DNA of 64,000 nucleotides from a virus: positions 61,615-125,614 of the IMG/VR virus record IMGVR_UViG_3300009514_000006. One strand, written 5' to 3'. The first letter of the stretch is position 1, and each line of letters starts with the position of its first letter. Shown one piece after another: positions 37,913 to 47,489 of the stretch. The notes under the pieces are model-generated. The model was not told the DNA's origin. It did not search any database and saw only the letters and a program-made list of their open reading frames with translations. A program made the position numbers and the translations under genes.

Positions 37913-39097
37913 ATGGCAATAAGAATCAATGGTATAGTGTATGATGAATTAGCAGCCGACCCAGGTACTCCTGCTGAAGGAGAATCTTGGTATAATACTA
38001 CTGAAGATAGGTTAAAAGTATTTGCCAATGGAACAGTACAAGTTGTTGCGTGGGATTCGGAGCTAACATCTCATGAAAATGATACCGGAAATCCGCACAG
38101 TGTTACGTTAGAACAGGCCAGAACTGCTGGTAATGCTGTAATTGGCCAAATAGACATGGGTAATAATAAAATTATCCAGGTTGCTAATGGTACTGCTTCT
38201 ACCGATGCTGTGAATGTTAGCCAATTGATTGATGCTATCACTGCAGCAGGTCTTGGGGATGAGTGGCAGAATTCTGTCCTCGATAAAGACTTGGCTACAG
38301 CACCAGGCTCTCCAAATCCAGGAGACAGATATATCATTGCAGGTACAGGAGGGTTGTGGTCTCCCTTTAGTGTTAATGATATTGTCGAATGGAATGGTTC
38401 TGTTTGGGAGCTAAAGCACACCCCTAATGAGGGGTCTACTACTCGTGTTGATGACGAGAATAAAACCTATCAGCACAACGGTTCCAGCTGGGAGATCTTA
38501 GAGCTAACTCAAGATCATGGTAACTTAATTGGTTTAGGGGACGATGATCATACTCAATATCTCCTGATTAACGGTACCCGAAACATGTCGGGCAACCTCA
38601 ACATGGGCACGTTTCAAATAACTAACGTGGGTAATGTTGACGGCGTCGATGTATCAGATCATAGTGCCCGTCATGAAAGCGGTGGTTCAGACGAGGTTGA
38701 TGGAGATATTCTTGACATAGATTTTGTTCCTGCTAATTATGCCCGGACTACAGCGCCTACAGAAGTTAGCGCACTAGTACATCTTACTGCTCACTTAGCG
38801 GGCATAGATACTGCCATCGGTGACCTTGGTTCGGAAGTTAATTCCCTTGTACATAAGTCCGGAGAGATACTTCCTGGTTCTTTTGTTGGCTCTACAGCTG
38901 TGGTTACTTTTTCTGCGTCCTTTTCAGACGCTAATTACTCCCCTACAGCAATAGCAGAAACTTCAGGAGGTAAAGCTTACCTACTGACTTGTGAATCGAT
39001 TACCTCAGGTAGCTTTGTCATAAACAAAAATTCTTCATCAACATCTGGTTTGACTAAAGTTAGATGGACAGCTATTAAACACGGAGAATCTAACTAG
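37913..39097 (+). CDS. Modular fibre protein (YadA-like stalk motif, DUF2793-like, H-lectin-like C-terminus)
   Basis: NKIIQVANGTASTDAVNVSQL; DKDLATAPGSPNPGDRYII...EWNG.VW; HGNLIGLGDDDHTQY. Confidence 0.75.
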   Translation: MAIRINGIVYDELAADPGTPAEGESWYNTTEDRLKVFANGTVQVVAWDSELTSHENDTGNPHSVTLEQARTAGNAVIGQIDMGNNKIIQVANGTASTDAVNVSQLIDAITAAGLGDEWQNSVLDKDLATAPGSPNPGDRYIIAGTGGLWSPFSVNDIVEWNGSVWELKHTPNEGSTTRVDDENKTYQHNGSSWEILELTQDHGNLIGLGDDDHTQYLLINGTRNMSGNLNMGTFQITNVGNVDGVDVSDHSARHESGGSDEVDGDILDIDFVPANYARTTAPTEVSALVHLTAHLAGIDTAIGDLGSEVNSLVHKSGEILPGSFVGSTAVVTFSASFSDANYSPTAIAETSGGKAYLLTCESITSGSFVINKNSSSTSGLTKVRWTAIKHGESN

Positions 39098-39104
39098 GTG
39101 ACCA

Positions 39105-39872
39105 ATGCCCCAATTTATTGATTCCATTGGTTTTGACAATCTAACGATTGATCCGGTCTCCCCTACTAATGGAGAGATATGGTTTAATACTACTGCAAAT
39201 GAATTTAGAACCTTTGTTAATGGTGTTGTAATTTCTTTGAATGATCCTCGTGTGTCAAACAATGACACTACTCCTGCTCCTCTATTTACTAAACTCATAG
39301 CAGGGTCTAATGTTCTTCTTGAAGAAGTTAATGATGGGGGGAATGAAAAGTTACGTATAAATGCAGCAGGTAATGGTGTAGGTGATGGTAGGTTCACCAT
39401 TGACGTAGCAGCCATGTTGGCTAAGCAGGATGACAACCCAGATGATGTGAACAAAGTTGTTATAAATGGTTTTCCAGGACTAAAGATTAAGCACAGTAAA
39501 ACAGCTTTTGGTATATCAGGTCTCTATCTCATAGGCGGCGGTACCTCTCTTACTGTAACCGCCAAGTTCATTTTGAGGGACAGCCATGCAGGAACAATCG
39601 TAAGGCTTGCAGCCAGGGCAAAGGTTAGGAGCACCGGAGAGAATACCAGCACAGGATTTGACGCAGAAAATTTTGTTCCCATTACGGTGAACTCAACTAC
39701 TATTGGTGAGGTTTTTGAAGGTACCATAGTTCTTCCTATTACCGTATCAGATAACGATGCCGTAGCTTTGCATGTTGGTCGAGACGGAAAAAACCTGATT
39801 GCAGGCGCCGGTGCTCCTGACGACTTTGGTAAACCTATCGTTATAATCGCAGTTGAAATGAGAGTTTCCTAA
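39105..39872 (+). CDS. Fibre-associated protein
   Basis: DPVSPTNGEIWFNTT motif as in 37913; VSNNDTT..L..KLIAG motif as in 3586..7446. Confidence 0.65.
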   Translation: MPQFIDSIGFDNLTIDPVSPTNGEIWFNTTANEFRTFVNGVVISLNDPRVSNNDTTPAPLFTKLIAGSNVLLEEVNDGGNEKLRINAAGNGVGDGRFTIDVAAMLAKQDDNPDDVNKVVINGFPGLKIKHSKTAFGISGLYLIGGGTSLTVTAKFILRDSHAGTIVRLAARAKVRSTGENTSTGFDAENFVPITVNSTTIGEVFEGTIVLPITVSDNDAVALHVGRDGKNLIAGAGAPDDFGKPIVIIAVEMRVS

Positions 39873-40771
39873 TGGCTATTGAATATTACCAAAAACGAAT
39901 TAAGACTGTTCCTCCCACAGTCACCGATTGCTCAAATAATGGATATGAGGTTGGTTGTGACTGGATTGACGCAACAACAGGTATTGAATACGTTCTTGTA
40001 GACAGTACTCCTGGCGCCGCAGTTTGGCGAGAACGAACCAATAGCGAAACTGTTTTACTGTCTGAAAAGGGCGTGGCAAATGGTGTGGCTACCCTAGATG
40101 GTTCTGCGAAGATACCTGACACACAAATACCAGACTCCATAGCTAGAGACTCCGAGCTTCATTCTCATACCAACAAAGCTCAATTGGACCTGGTGACAGA
40201 TGGTGATCATGACGTCCGAACAGATAACCCCCACGTAGTAACAGCGGCACAAGTAGGCAACACCACAGCCCAATGGAACGCTAATAAAATACAGGGAAAG
40301 ACAGTAGATGATGCTGCTATCGGTAATAATAAAGTTCTGATGTATAATTTATCGGGAGATAAAATAGTATACAGCAGCTCTCTTCCCGTAGCTCCTGGAC
40401 AACATAGATTGGTGGTGGACACTACCACTACTAGTCAAACTTATGTAAATTTAATGACTGTTAACAGAGTAACGGGTGCAAATCGTGTTAAAGTAACTGT
40501 AGCAGTTGCGTGTAGTCAAACGAGTGACAGAAAACCTGTTTTCTATAGGTTCACACTAGACGGAGTCTCTAAAGGCGGTATGACCGTATCTACTGCTAAT
40601 AAAGAGTGGTCTGAGTGTGGTTACTTCTTGTTTCTCACAGACCCCTTAACTGCTGCATCTCATGAATTTAAGGTTGAGTGGAGAGTGGATAGTAACGAAG
40701 GGCAAATTCGACCTGTGGCTAGACCTGATACTGAGTTTTTTGTGATGATGCTTGAAGAGGTGGCCTCCTAA
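39872..40771 (+). CDS. Tail fibre-like protein
   Basis: KGVANGVATLDGSAKIP and NPHVVTAAQVG fibre motifs. Confidence 0.7.
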   Translation: MAIEYYQKRIKTVPPTVTDCSNNGYEVGCDWIDATTGIEYVLVDSTPGAAVWRERTNSETVLLSEKGVANGVATLDGSAKIPDTQIPDSIARDSELHSHTNKAQLDLVTDGDHDVRTDNPHVVTAAQVGNTTAQWNANKIQGKTVDDAAIGNNKVLMYNLSGDKIVYSSSLPVAPGQHRLVVDTTTTSQTYVNLMTVNRVTGANRVKVTVAVACSQTSDRKPVFYRFTLDGVSKGGMTVSTANKEWSECGYFLFLTDPLTAASHEFKVEWRVDSNEGQIRPVARPDTEFFVMMLEEVAS

Positions 40772-41361
40772 TGTCCACACCTACTAAATATAGCTATACG
40801 ATTTCTACTGATTTCAATTCTGGAAAGGTATCGGGAGAGGGATTAAAGAAAGAAATACAAAATAGCGACATAACCACAGAACTGTACTATGTGGAAACAA
40901 TAGGCGATATCTGTAATATTTTATTTGCAGAGGAGTTATCCCCGGGTGACTTAACTCTGTTAGATGGTGGATCTTCCCCGCCCACAAGCACTAGTATAAT
41001 AGGGAAACATTTTCCGCTTAAGTATACTAGGATTGTTGAGATTGATAAAAAAACTGACCTCATCATATCTAATGGGTTTACATATTCTAGTAAACAATTT
41101 TCTTTATCTATTCAGGCCCAGTCTAAGATGACCGCTGCGTACCAGCTTAAAGATAATCCTGCACTGGTATACCCTATAGAATGGAACACAATTGACGATT
41201 CTGATTCGTATTCAATCATAGATTCTTCTGATTTAAATAGCTTCTATCTAACTGCTATTGGGACTATTCGAGCCATATTGGACTCTGGGACAAACCTTAA
41301 GAAACAGATTAGAGAAGCCACTACTGTCTCTGAGGTAAATGCGATAGTAGATAATAGATAG
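40771..41361 (+). CDS. DUF4376-like fibre assembly protein
   Basis: GFTYSSKQFSLS...EWNTID...LKKQIREATTVSEVNAI. Confidence 0.65.
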   Translation: MSTPTKYSYTISTDFNSGKVSGEGLKKEIQNSDITTELYYVETIGDICNILFAEELSPGDLTLLDGGSSPPTSTSIIGKHFPLKYTRIVEIDKKTDLIISNGFTYSSKQFSLSIQAQSKMTAAYQLKDNPALVYPIEWNTIDDSDSYSIIDSSDLNSFYLTAIGTIRAILDSGTNLKKQIREATTVSEVNAIVDNR

Positions 41362-41367
41362 AATCTA

Positions 41368-41397
41368 TTGACATACATACTTTTTATCTGGTAAAGT
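41368..41397 (+). promoter_or_regulatory. Sigma70-type promoter TTGACA-N18-TAAAGT
   Basis: Counted spacing of 18. Confidence 0.6.
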
Positions 41398-41431
41398 TTG
41401 TGGACCTGGTGTATGCTCTGAGCGTACCCCC

Positions 41432-42061
41432 ATGTCCGCATATTATAAGATCCTTGACAGAGACGGCGAGAATTCGTCCGTAGTTACACCCGCCGGAGAG
41501 CTACTGGTTAAGGGCTCCGTGGTGGTTGGCGGCAGCTCTGTCGCAGTGGGGCTGGACTATGTAAAATCGAGTATTTCGGCCGACCAGTATTTCCTACTCA
41601 TTGATCTAGACAATCAAGGGGGTGGGGGCCCCTACAAGCACTCAGGCTCCGGAGGAGTAAAGTTTCACTGGGTGCATGGCCACTTGATCAAGAGTAAACA
41701 GCAGGCCGAGTGGAATGTTGTACTATTAGTTGTATTGGATATTGATGGGACGGATGCTACTTTAGCTGCATTAGAATTTAGCTCGTTGCACTCTGAGGAT
41801 ACTCTTAAATATGAGTCTTCTATAACGCAGAGTGTAACTCCTCATGTACTCGATTTAACTGTATCAGGATCCTCACTGGCTTTTTTGACAGTGGGGGACA
41901 TCCGGACAGGTGTTGTCGAAGTAAATACTTCAAGCACCTTAAAGGATGTTGCAGGTAATGACGTAGTCCCTAGTGTGGGCGATGTCCTTGTCCTGGTAAA
42001 AAAGGGTACAGGTTCAGGGACAGCTAAATTCCACTACACCCTAATATATGAGGTAAGCTAA
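41432..42061 (+). CDS. Virion accessory protein, paralogue of 42062..42778
   Basis: YFLLIDLDNQGGGGPYKH versus YYMFIDVDNQAGAGPYKH; both end YEVS. Confidence 0.7.
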   Translation: MSAYYKILDRDGENSSVVTPAGELLVKGSVVVGGSSVAVGLDYVKSSISADQYFLLIDLDNQGGGGPYKHSGSGGVKFHWVHGHLIKSKQQAEWNVVLLVVLDIDGTDATLAALEFSSLHSEDTLKYESSITQSVTPHVLDLTVSGSSLAFLTVGDIRTGVVEVNTSSTLKDVAGNDVVPSVGDVLVLVKKGTGSGTAKFHYTLIYEVS

Positions 42062-42778
42062 ATGGCTTTTCAAGACAAGCAACCAGTAGTACAGAACATT
42101 CTCTATAAGGCTGATGGCACTCCGATCACCATTGTTAACGAAGCCGGTGCAGACCGCTTGGCCACTACGTCCGTCATCTCTGACGGAACGAATGTGGTCT
42201 CAGTCAATGCTTCTGGTGAATTGGCTGTTACTCTTGCAGGTGGTACCGCTGATGTTTTTGGTGTGGACTTTGGTAAGAGCGGCCAAACCACGGATGCTTA
42301 TTACATGTTCATCGACGTTGACAATCAAGCCGGTGCCGGTCCCTACAAGCACGCTGCGGGCACCGCAGTGAAGCTCCACAGTGTTATCGGGCACTTGACT
42401 AAGTCTAAGCACAGCTTGGACTGGAAAGTCGTCCTTGCTGTCGTCCTTCGGGTTGATGGTACGGACGCCGACCTGGCCTATCTTGAGCTGTCTTCGATGC
42501 ACACCGAAAACAGCGCCTTGTTCCAAGTGGCTCTCGACTACAAAGCCGCCCCAGATCCTCTTGACTTGACTGTTGCGGCGGGCTCTCTTACTCGCATTGC
42601 GGTTAAGAATGTTCAGCTCAATGTGGCTGCTGTGAATACCGCTACTCCGTTGGAAGATGTTTCGGCGGCGGGAACTGTTGCTCCTGCTGCTGGTGATATT
42701 CTTATCTTCTCGGACAACTTGAATTCTGGTTCGGGTACTGCTGATTGGCACTTTACGGCCAACTATGAAGTGAGCTAG
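42062..42778 (+). CDS. Virion accessory protein
   Basis: Body paralogous to 41432; N-terminus paralogous to 42784. Confidence 0.7.
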   Translation: MAFQDKQPVVQNILYKADGTPITIVNEAGADRLATTSVISDGTNVVSVNASGELAVTLAGGTADVFGVDFGKSGQTTDAYYMFIDVDNQAGAGPYKHAAGTAVKLHSVIGHLTKSKHSLDWKVVLAVVLRVDGTDADLAYLELSSMHTENSALFQVALDYKAAPDPLDLTVAAGSLTRIAVKNVQLNVAAVNTATPLEDVSAAGTVAPAAGDILIFSDNLNSGSGTADWHFTANYEVS

Positions 42779-42783
42779 GACTA

Positions 42784-43104
42784 ATGGCTTTCCAAGACGA
42801 CAGACCGGTAAACCAAGAGGTACTATACGATGCGGATGGTAATGCTGTGTCTGTCGTCTTGGACGGCACTGTTTACCGACTAGCTACAGACACCAAACTA
42901 GCTACTAGTGATGAAGTAATTGGTAGGATTAAGATCACTAACGGGTCATCAAACGCAAATATTAACACAGACGGTTGCTTTGAACTGGGCGTTAGAGATG
43001 ATGAGGTTCTGAACGTGCTTCATCTAGTGTTATCAGAGTTAAGATTACTAACTCGCATATTAACCTATGCGGCAGAGGCGGAGTTTGAAGGAGAAGACTC
43101 ATAA
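42784..43104 (+). CDS. Short adaptor-like protein
   Basis: MAFQD..PV.Q..LY.ADG shared with 42062; C-terminal coiled coil. Confidence 0.6.
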   Translation: MAFQDDRPVNQEVLYDADGNAVSVVLDGTVYRLATDTKLATSDEVIGRIKITNGSSNANINTDGCFELGVRDDEVLNVLHLVLSELRLLTRILTYAAEAEFEGEDS

Positions 43105-43688
43105 TGTCTGAATTCGTAATTAAAGACGGAACTGGTAAGGGATATAGGTCCGCAGTTGACAGCGGTAATAGACTTAGGGTGCATGCTGTAGCGCAGGTTG
43201 AGTCTGCTTCGTTTACTAACTCTGGAGATGGTTACGTCATCCCTATGAGTAAACGGACATTTAACACGACCGCGACACAGTACCCTATTATGTACATAAA
43301 CCCCAACTCCCCTTCAAAAGCCTTTGCTGTTAATAGGTTTTATGGCAGTTGGTCTGGTCCCGATGTTGCGATTTACCGAATTTATTATGGAGCATCGGCC
43401 CCTACAGCAGGTCATGTTCCTTTTCCCGCTCCAAACAGCAATAGTAACTCAGTTAGGGCAGCGGCTTTAACCCTAAACGTGTGGAACGGTGTATCGGGAA
43501 CGGGAATGACAGTGGCCTCAAACGGAACAGAGGCCCTTACTACTTATGTCACCACTGGGCCTAACGATATTATGGTAGCGGGTACTCTTCTTTGGGGCTT
43601 CGGAGTAGGTGCCCTAATCACTGTTGAGGCCCCTGTCTCAGCTGGATCTGGGACTCTTCTCATTAGCGGATGGGAGATTGATGTATGA
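43104..43688 (+). CDS. Virion accessory protein
   Basis: IKDGTG N-terminus, paralogue of 43685. Confidence 0.65.
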   Translation: MSEFVIKDGTGKGYRSAVDSGNRLRVHAVAQVESASFTNSGDGYVIPMSKRTFNTTATQYPIMYINPNSPSKAFAVNRFYGSWSGPDVAIYRIYYGASAPTAGHVPFPAPNSNSNSVRAAALTLNVWNGVSGTGMTVASNGTEALTTYVTTGPNDIMVAGTLLWGFGVGALITVEAPVSAGSGTLLISGWEIDV

Positions 43689-44251
43689 GTATTGTAATAC
43701 GAGACGGTACTGGTCGTGAATTTACAGTCAAAGTGACTGACAAGAATGAGCTAAGTACACGAGCAGCGGTGCGTAGTCGTCTAGCTGTAAGAGCCAAAGA
43801 GGGCGATGCATTTATTATCTCCGCGCCTATCGTAGCCCTGACTACCACGGGATCGTTTAATGGGATTCTATATATTAAGAATACGGGAACCTCTCCTTGG
43901 CGTATTTGGCAGTCCCGCCTTCAGTGCTCTGTTCTTAGTCAGTGGAACATCCGAACTAATCCTACCACTGGAACACTAATTTCCGATGCTAGCGCTGCCA
44001 CAGTGACTAACTGTAACTCTGAGTCTACAAAATCTCTTTCCAGTACTTCTTATAAAGCATCCGGAGATGGTAAAACAGTGACAAACGGTACTATTATATA
44101 CAATAGTATCATTTCAGCTGGTGGGGCTCAACCTACTCAACCCGAGGGCGCTTTTATTCTTGGGGTTGGTGACGCTATTTCTTGGGGGTGTAAACCAGCG
44201 TCTGCGTGCGATGTGTCAGTGGATGTTATTATCTATATCGATGACGAATAA
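43685..44251 (+). CDS. Virion accessory protein
   Basis: IRDGTG N-terminus. Confidence 0.65.
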   Translation: MSIVIRDGTGREFTVKVTDKNELSTRAAVRSRLAVRAKEGDAFIISAPIVALTTTGSFNGILYIKNTGTSPWRIWQSRLQCSVLSQWNIRTNPTTGTLISDASAATVTNCNSESTKSLSSTSYKASGDGKTVTNGTIIYNSIISAGGAQPTQPEGAFILGVGDAISWGCKPASACDVSVDVIIYIDDE

Positions 44252-44260
44252 GGTGTAGAA

Positions 44261-44893
44261 GTGGCGTTACCTACATACATACAAGATCCTGCTACTGGAA
44301 GGCGCCTCAAAGTCACCCAAGACGGGGCCATAGCTGTTAGTGTGGTTGAGATTAGCGCTAGTGAAGTAGATACGAGTAGTCTTACTAAACGTAAACAGCT
44401 AAGAGAGTTCCTAAGACGGACCACAGACAACTCACCAGATCTTAATGTAAACGCTTCCGGTGGTCTTCAGGAGTTTAATGTTAAGGCTGAGGTAGGTAAA
44501 ACTAAGTGGATTACTGAAGTTCGAGTCATCATATACGGAAAAAACTGTGAGATGCAATCTAACGATTTTCGTAGGTTCGGTGACGCTACCTCTGTTGGTT
44601 CTCCTCTTACAAACGGAATTAAATTGTTTGTAACTCAAGGTGGTGTACAGACAAACTTCTTTATTAATAATATTACTAGAATGGGTGACTTTTTTGATTA
44701 CATGGATGACTTTGTCAATGTAATCAATGCTATTGATTCGCAGACAGACTTCTTAACTTTTGACTTCCGTTTTGAGGGTCCTGTGGTTCTGCCTCCCGGT
44801 GTCCCAGATAAAATTTCTATAACTATAAATGACAACCTGTCATCGCTGACTCTCTTCCGAGTAATTGCTAGAGGGTACCAAGAAAGCATATGA
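44261..44893 (+). CDS. Virion accessory protein, paralogue of 36708 and 1296
   Basis: IQDPATG N-terminus; LNVNAS..EF, LTNGIKL, INDNLS. Confidence 0.65.
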   Translation: MALPTYIQDPATGRRLKVTQDGAIAVSVVEISASEVDTSSLTKRKQLREFLRRTTDNSPDLNVNASGGLQEFNVKAEVGKTKWITEVRVIIYGKNCEMQSNDFRRFGDATSVGSPLTNGIKLFVTQGGVQTNFFINNITRMGDFFDYMDDFVNVINAIDSQTDFLTFDFRFEGPVVLPPGVPDKISITINDNLSSLTLFRVIARGYQESI

Positions 44894-45747
44894 TAGTAGA
44901 CAACCCACCACGAACAAGCCGTAGGTTTAACCGCATTCAAGTGGAGCCTCCAGAGGCTAAGCGGCTTGATGTTGTATCTATTAACTGGTGTGATCGAACT
45001 ACGTGGTATCCTAGTTCGGTTAGGGTCGAGGACGAGGTTCTGGCTGATTCAGGAGACTCCGCTACTTATAATCCAGAGACCCAAAGAGCTTGGATCGATG
45101 TAATGCATGGAAAGTTGACCGGGGAGTATTCTCTTCGACCAATGTATCAAGTAGTAGTGAAGGTAAATGGTACCACCAAAACAGAGAACCCAGTTGGGAC
45201 ATCAAACGGCGATTACTCAATAAACTACGAAACCGGACAAGTAACGTTTAATAGCTCGCTTGCTCCTACTGATGTTGTAACCGCGTCGTACAACTACGAG
45301 AACGGCTCGACCTGGACCATCAAGCCCTCAGACGGTAGAACCATACGTATCACCACAGTAGAGGTCCAGTTCTCTGCTGATCTGGTTCTAACAGATACGG
45401 TACTGTTTGAGGCTCATGGATTAGTAGATGTTTTTGCTCCGCATCTGGTACCGGCGGTCCCGTCAGGTACTGTTATTCCCCTGGGGAACCAAGCAGTGTA
45501 CCAAGTGATGCAAGACTACATTAATGAGGCTGAAAGAGCCTACCCTAGCATTCCCAAGTTGGGAGGGACTGGGTGGCGAGGAATGCCTCAAGAAGTACAT
45601 ATCTTTAGGTGGCCCTATTCGAGCCGAGGAACCACAGACCTTGTAGCATCGATGGGACTAGAGATCCATATTAAGCTAGAGAACGATATCCCCTTTGAGG
45701 GGGAGATTGGGATTGTGACGTTCTACGGGATCTCTGAAGAAGAGTAG
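44890..45747 (+). CDS. Virion accessory protein
   Basis: YSINYETGQVTFNS...VVTASYNY tail/baseplate-type motif; converges on 45723. Confidence 0.6.
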   Translation: MIVDNPPRTSRRFNRIQVEPPEAKRLDVVSINWCDRTTWYPSSVRVEDEVLADSGDSATYNPETQRAWIDVMHGKLTGEYSLRPMYQVVVKVNGTTKTENPVGTSNGDYSINYETGQVTFNSSLAPTDVVTASYNYENGSTWTIKPSDGRTIRITTVEVQFSADLVLTDTVLFEAHGLVDVFAPHLVPAVPSGTVIPLGNQAVYQVMQDYINEAERAYPSIPKLGGTGWRGMPQEVHIFRWPYSSRGTTDLVASMGLEIHIKLENDIPFEGEIGIVTFYGISEEE

Positions 45748-46316
45748 GCTTCGATATACTCCACGATTGACTTCCAAGCCTTTTCTGTGTCCGCCCAGCC
45801 CTCTGCCCTACAGTCAGTAATGCTCTCAGTACATTTATTGTAGGGATAAGCTATTGAAATGAGCTTAGTGTTGGGTTGGTACTGCCTGACCTTCTCAGCG
45901 TTCAAGGGCGAGTCGTCAATCAGTATATCAGCCATTACCATTGATTTTCTATAACAGATAAAGACATCTTCTAGAGGAATATTTAAGTGTCTTTTAATCC
46001 ACTTCATCTTCTCTGAAGCGATTTCTGGACAGACAGTGGCTGTACAGACCATAACTGTGTGGCCCATATCTCGTAGATCGCTAATAGCCTTAACAGCTCC
46101 CGGGAGAGGTTCAAGGTCTCTAAACATTTGTGGAGTGAGGTATTTGTAGACGTCTTTGCCACAGGCGGGGTTAACTACATTCTCAATGTACCATTCAGGG
46201 ATGTCCCCTGGAGTAAGATTGGCCGCCCACTCTTTGTTGTAGGCGGCCAACCATGGACCTAATAGATTTGCTACGATTCCATCTAAATCAGTCAAAATTT
46301 CCAGTTTACGAGTCAT
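45723..46316 (-). CDS. 5'(3')-deoxyribonucleotidase (NT5C-type HAD)
   Basis: DLDGIV, LEPLPGAV, CTA, EK..WI, LIDDSP.N. Confidence 0.9.
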   Translation of the reverse strand: MTRKLEILTDLDGIVANLLGPWLAAYNKEWAANLTPGDIPEWYIENVVNPACGKDVYKYLTPQMFRDLEPLPGAVKAISDLRDMGHTVMVCTATVCPEIASEKMKWIKRHLNIPLEDVFICYRKSMVMADILIDDSPLNAEKVRQYQPNTKLISIAYPYNKCTESITDCRAEGWADTEKAWKSIVEYIEAYSSSEIP

Positions 46317-46319
46317 AGC

Positions 46320-46535
46320 TTAGGAAGATAAATGATTCTCCTCTGTTGCTTGGGTGTCAATAAGATCTGGATGGCAATCGGCACAAAAAAGAAGACCAGC
46401 TCCGGCCCCTATACCTTCTGTAATCATTGCATATGCCAAACTATCCTTTTTGCCGCACACCAAACAATCTGGTGCCGCGTCCAATACACGCTGTACACGA
46501 GCCTCGGTAATCCTCGAAAAATCTAGATACCTCAT
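46320..46535 (-). CDS. Small Zn-finger protein
   Basis: CLVC...CADC. Confidence 0.5.
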   Translation of the reverse strand: MRYLDFSRITEARVQRVLDAAPDCLVCGKKDSLAYAMITEGIGAGAGLLFCADCHPDLIDTQATEENHLSS

Positions 46536-46561
46536 CGATTGTCTCCTTGTCGAACACTCTT

Positions 46562-46828
46562 TTATAGGGATGTACTTTCCAAAGAATCGATAGGGACTAT
46601 GTCCGCTGGTGGGGGTAGGATGGATAGCCCCTTGAGAGCGCTTAGGATTCGATCTGCCTGGGTCATCGCCGCCGATACAGCTTTTCCTGGTGTGGCCCCT
46701 ACCCCTATGGGTGAGTACTCGGGAACGAAGTTGGAGTACTCCAGAAGGCTAGGCACGAATGCCTTGTACATTTCGTACTGGTCACACCACTCAATGAGAA
46801 GCTGATATCTAAACGGTTTTTTCCTCAT
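46562..46828 (-). CDS. Solo HicB-like antitoxin-fold protein
   Basis: YQLLIEWCD..EMYKAFVPSL...GVGATPGKAV matches HicB N-terminal pattern. Confidence 0.65.
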   Translation of the reverse strand: MRKKPFRYQLLIEWCDQYEMYKAFVPSLLEYSNFVPEYSPIGVGATPGKAVSAAMTQADRILSALKGLSILPPPADIVPIDSLESTSL

Positions 46829-46830
46829 GG

Positions 46831-47489
46831 CTAATCGTCATCGTCATAAATGCTTTTATGTACTATTCCTGCTAGGTTTACGTTTTCCTCAATATGTTTA
46901 AATAACTCCCACAATGAATATACCGTATTACGCCCTCTACTTTCAAGCGTAATAAGTGCTGCTTGACTTTCTTCCATTTCTGTGATCTCAAAATCAGACA
47001 TAGCCTCATCTATTTCCTCGTCTGAGAACTCAGAATCATAAAGGTCATGGCGAAATAGTTCACTAGCCTCCAATTCATCTTCGGCCGCTATCCACCACAA
47101 ATCACGCCCCATTGATACTTCATATAGTTTTAGTTCCATCATTATTCATGCTCCCGAAGGCTCAAAACAGCTACTGCCAGGGCACAGCCATCGCGAATAC
47201 CCTGCTCGTCCTCAGCAGACCAGTAGCTTGCTTGTTCCTCTATCAGTGTTATACAAGCGTCTCTTTCCTCTTTGACTCGGTCGTTTATTAGAATAGCTAG
47301 TTCTGTAGAATTCTTAATCTCTTCTGCTAGAACATAACCATAACTCAGATTGTTCTTTATCCATTTCTTCATTTCCATTACAGTAGCCTTCCTTACAGGT
47401 CTACTCTTCTTCTTAAAAAAGGGTATACTCGGAAGCCACCTTGGCAACCATCGTATCGAGTTGTCTACTTCTTTTACTAGTCGTTTCAC
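46831..47489 (-). CDS. Two hypothetical proteins (46831..47142 acidic; 47142..47489)
   Basis: Tightly coupled ORFs, no motif recognised. Confidence 0.5.
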
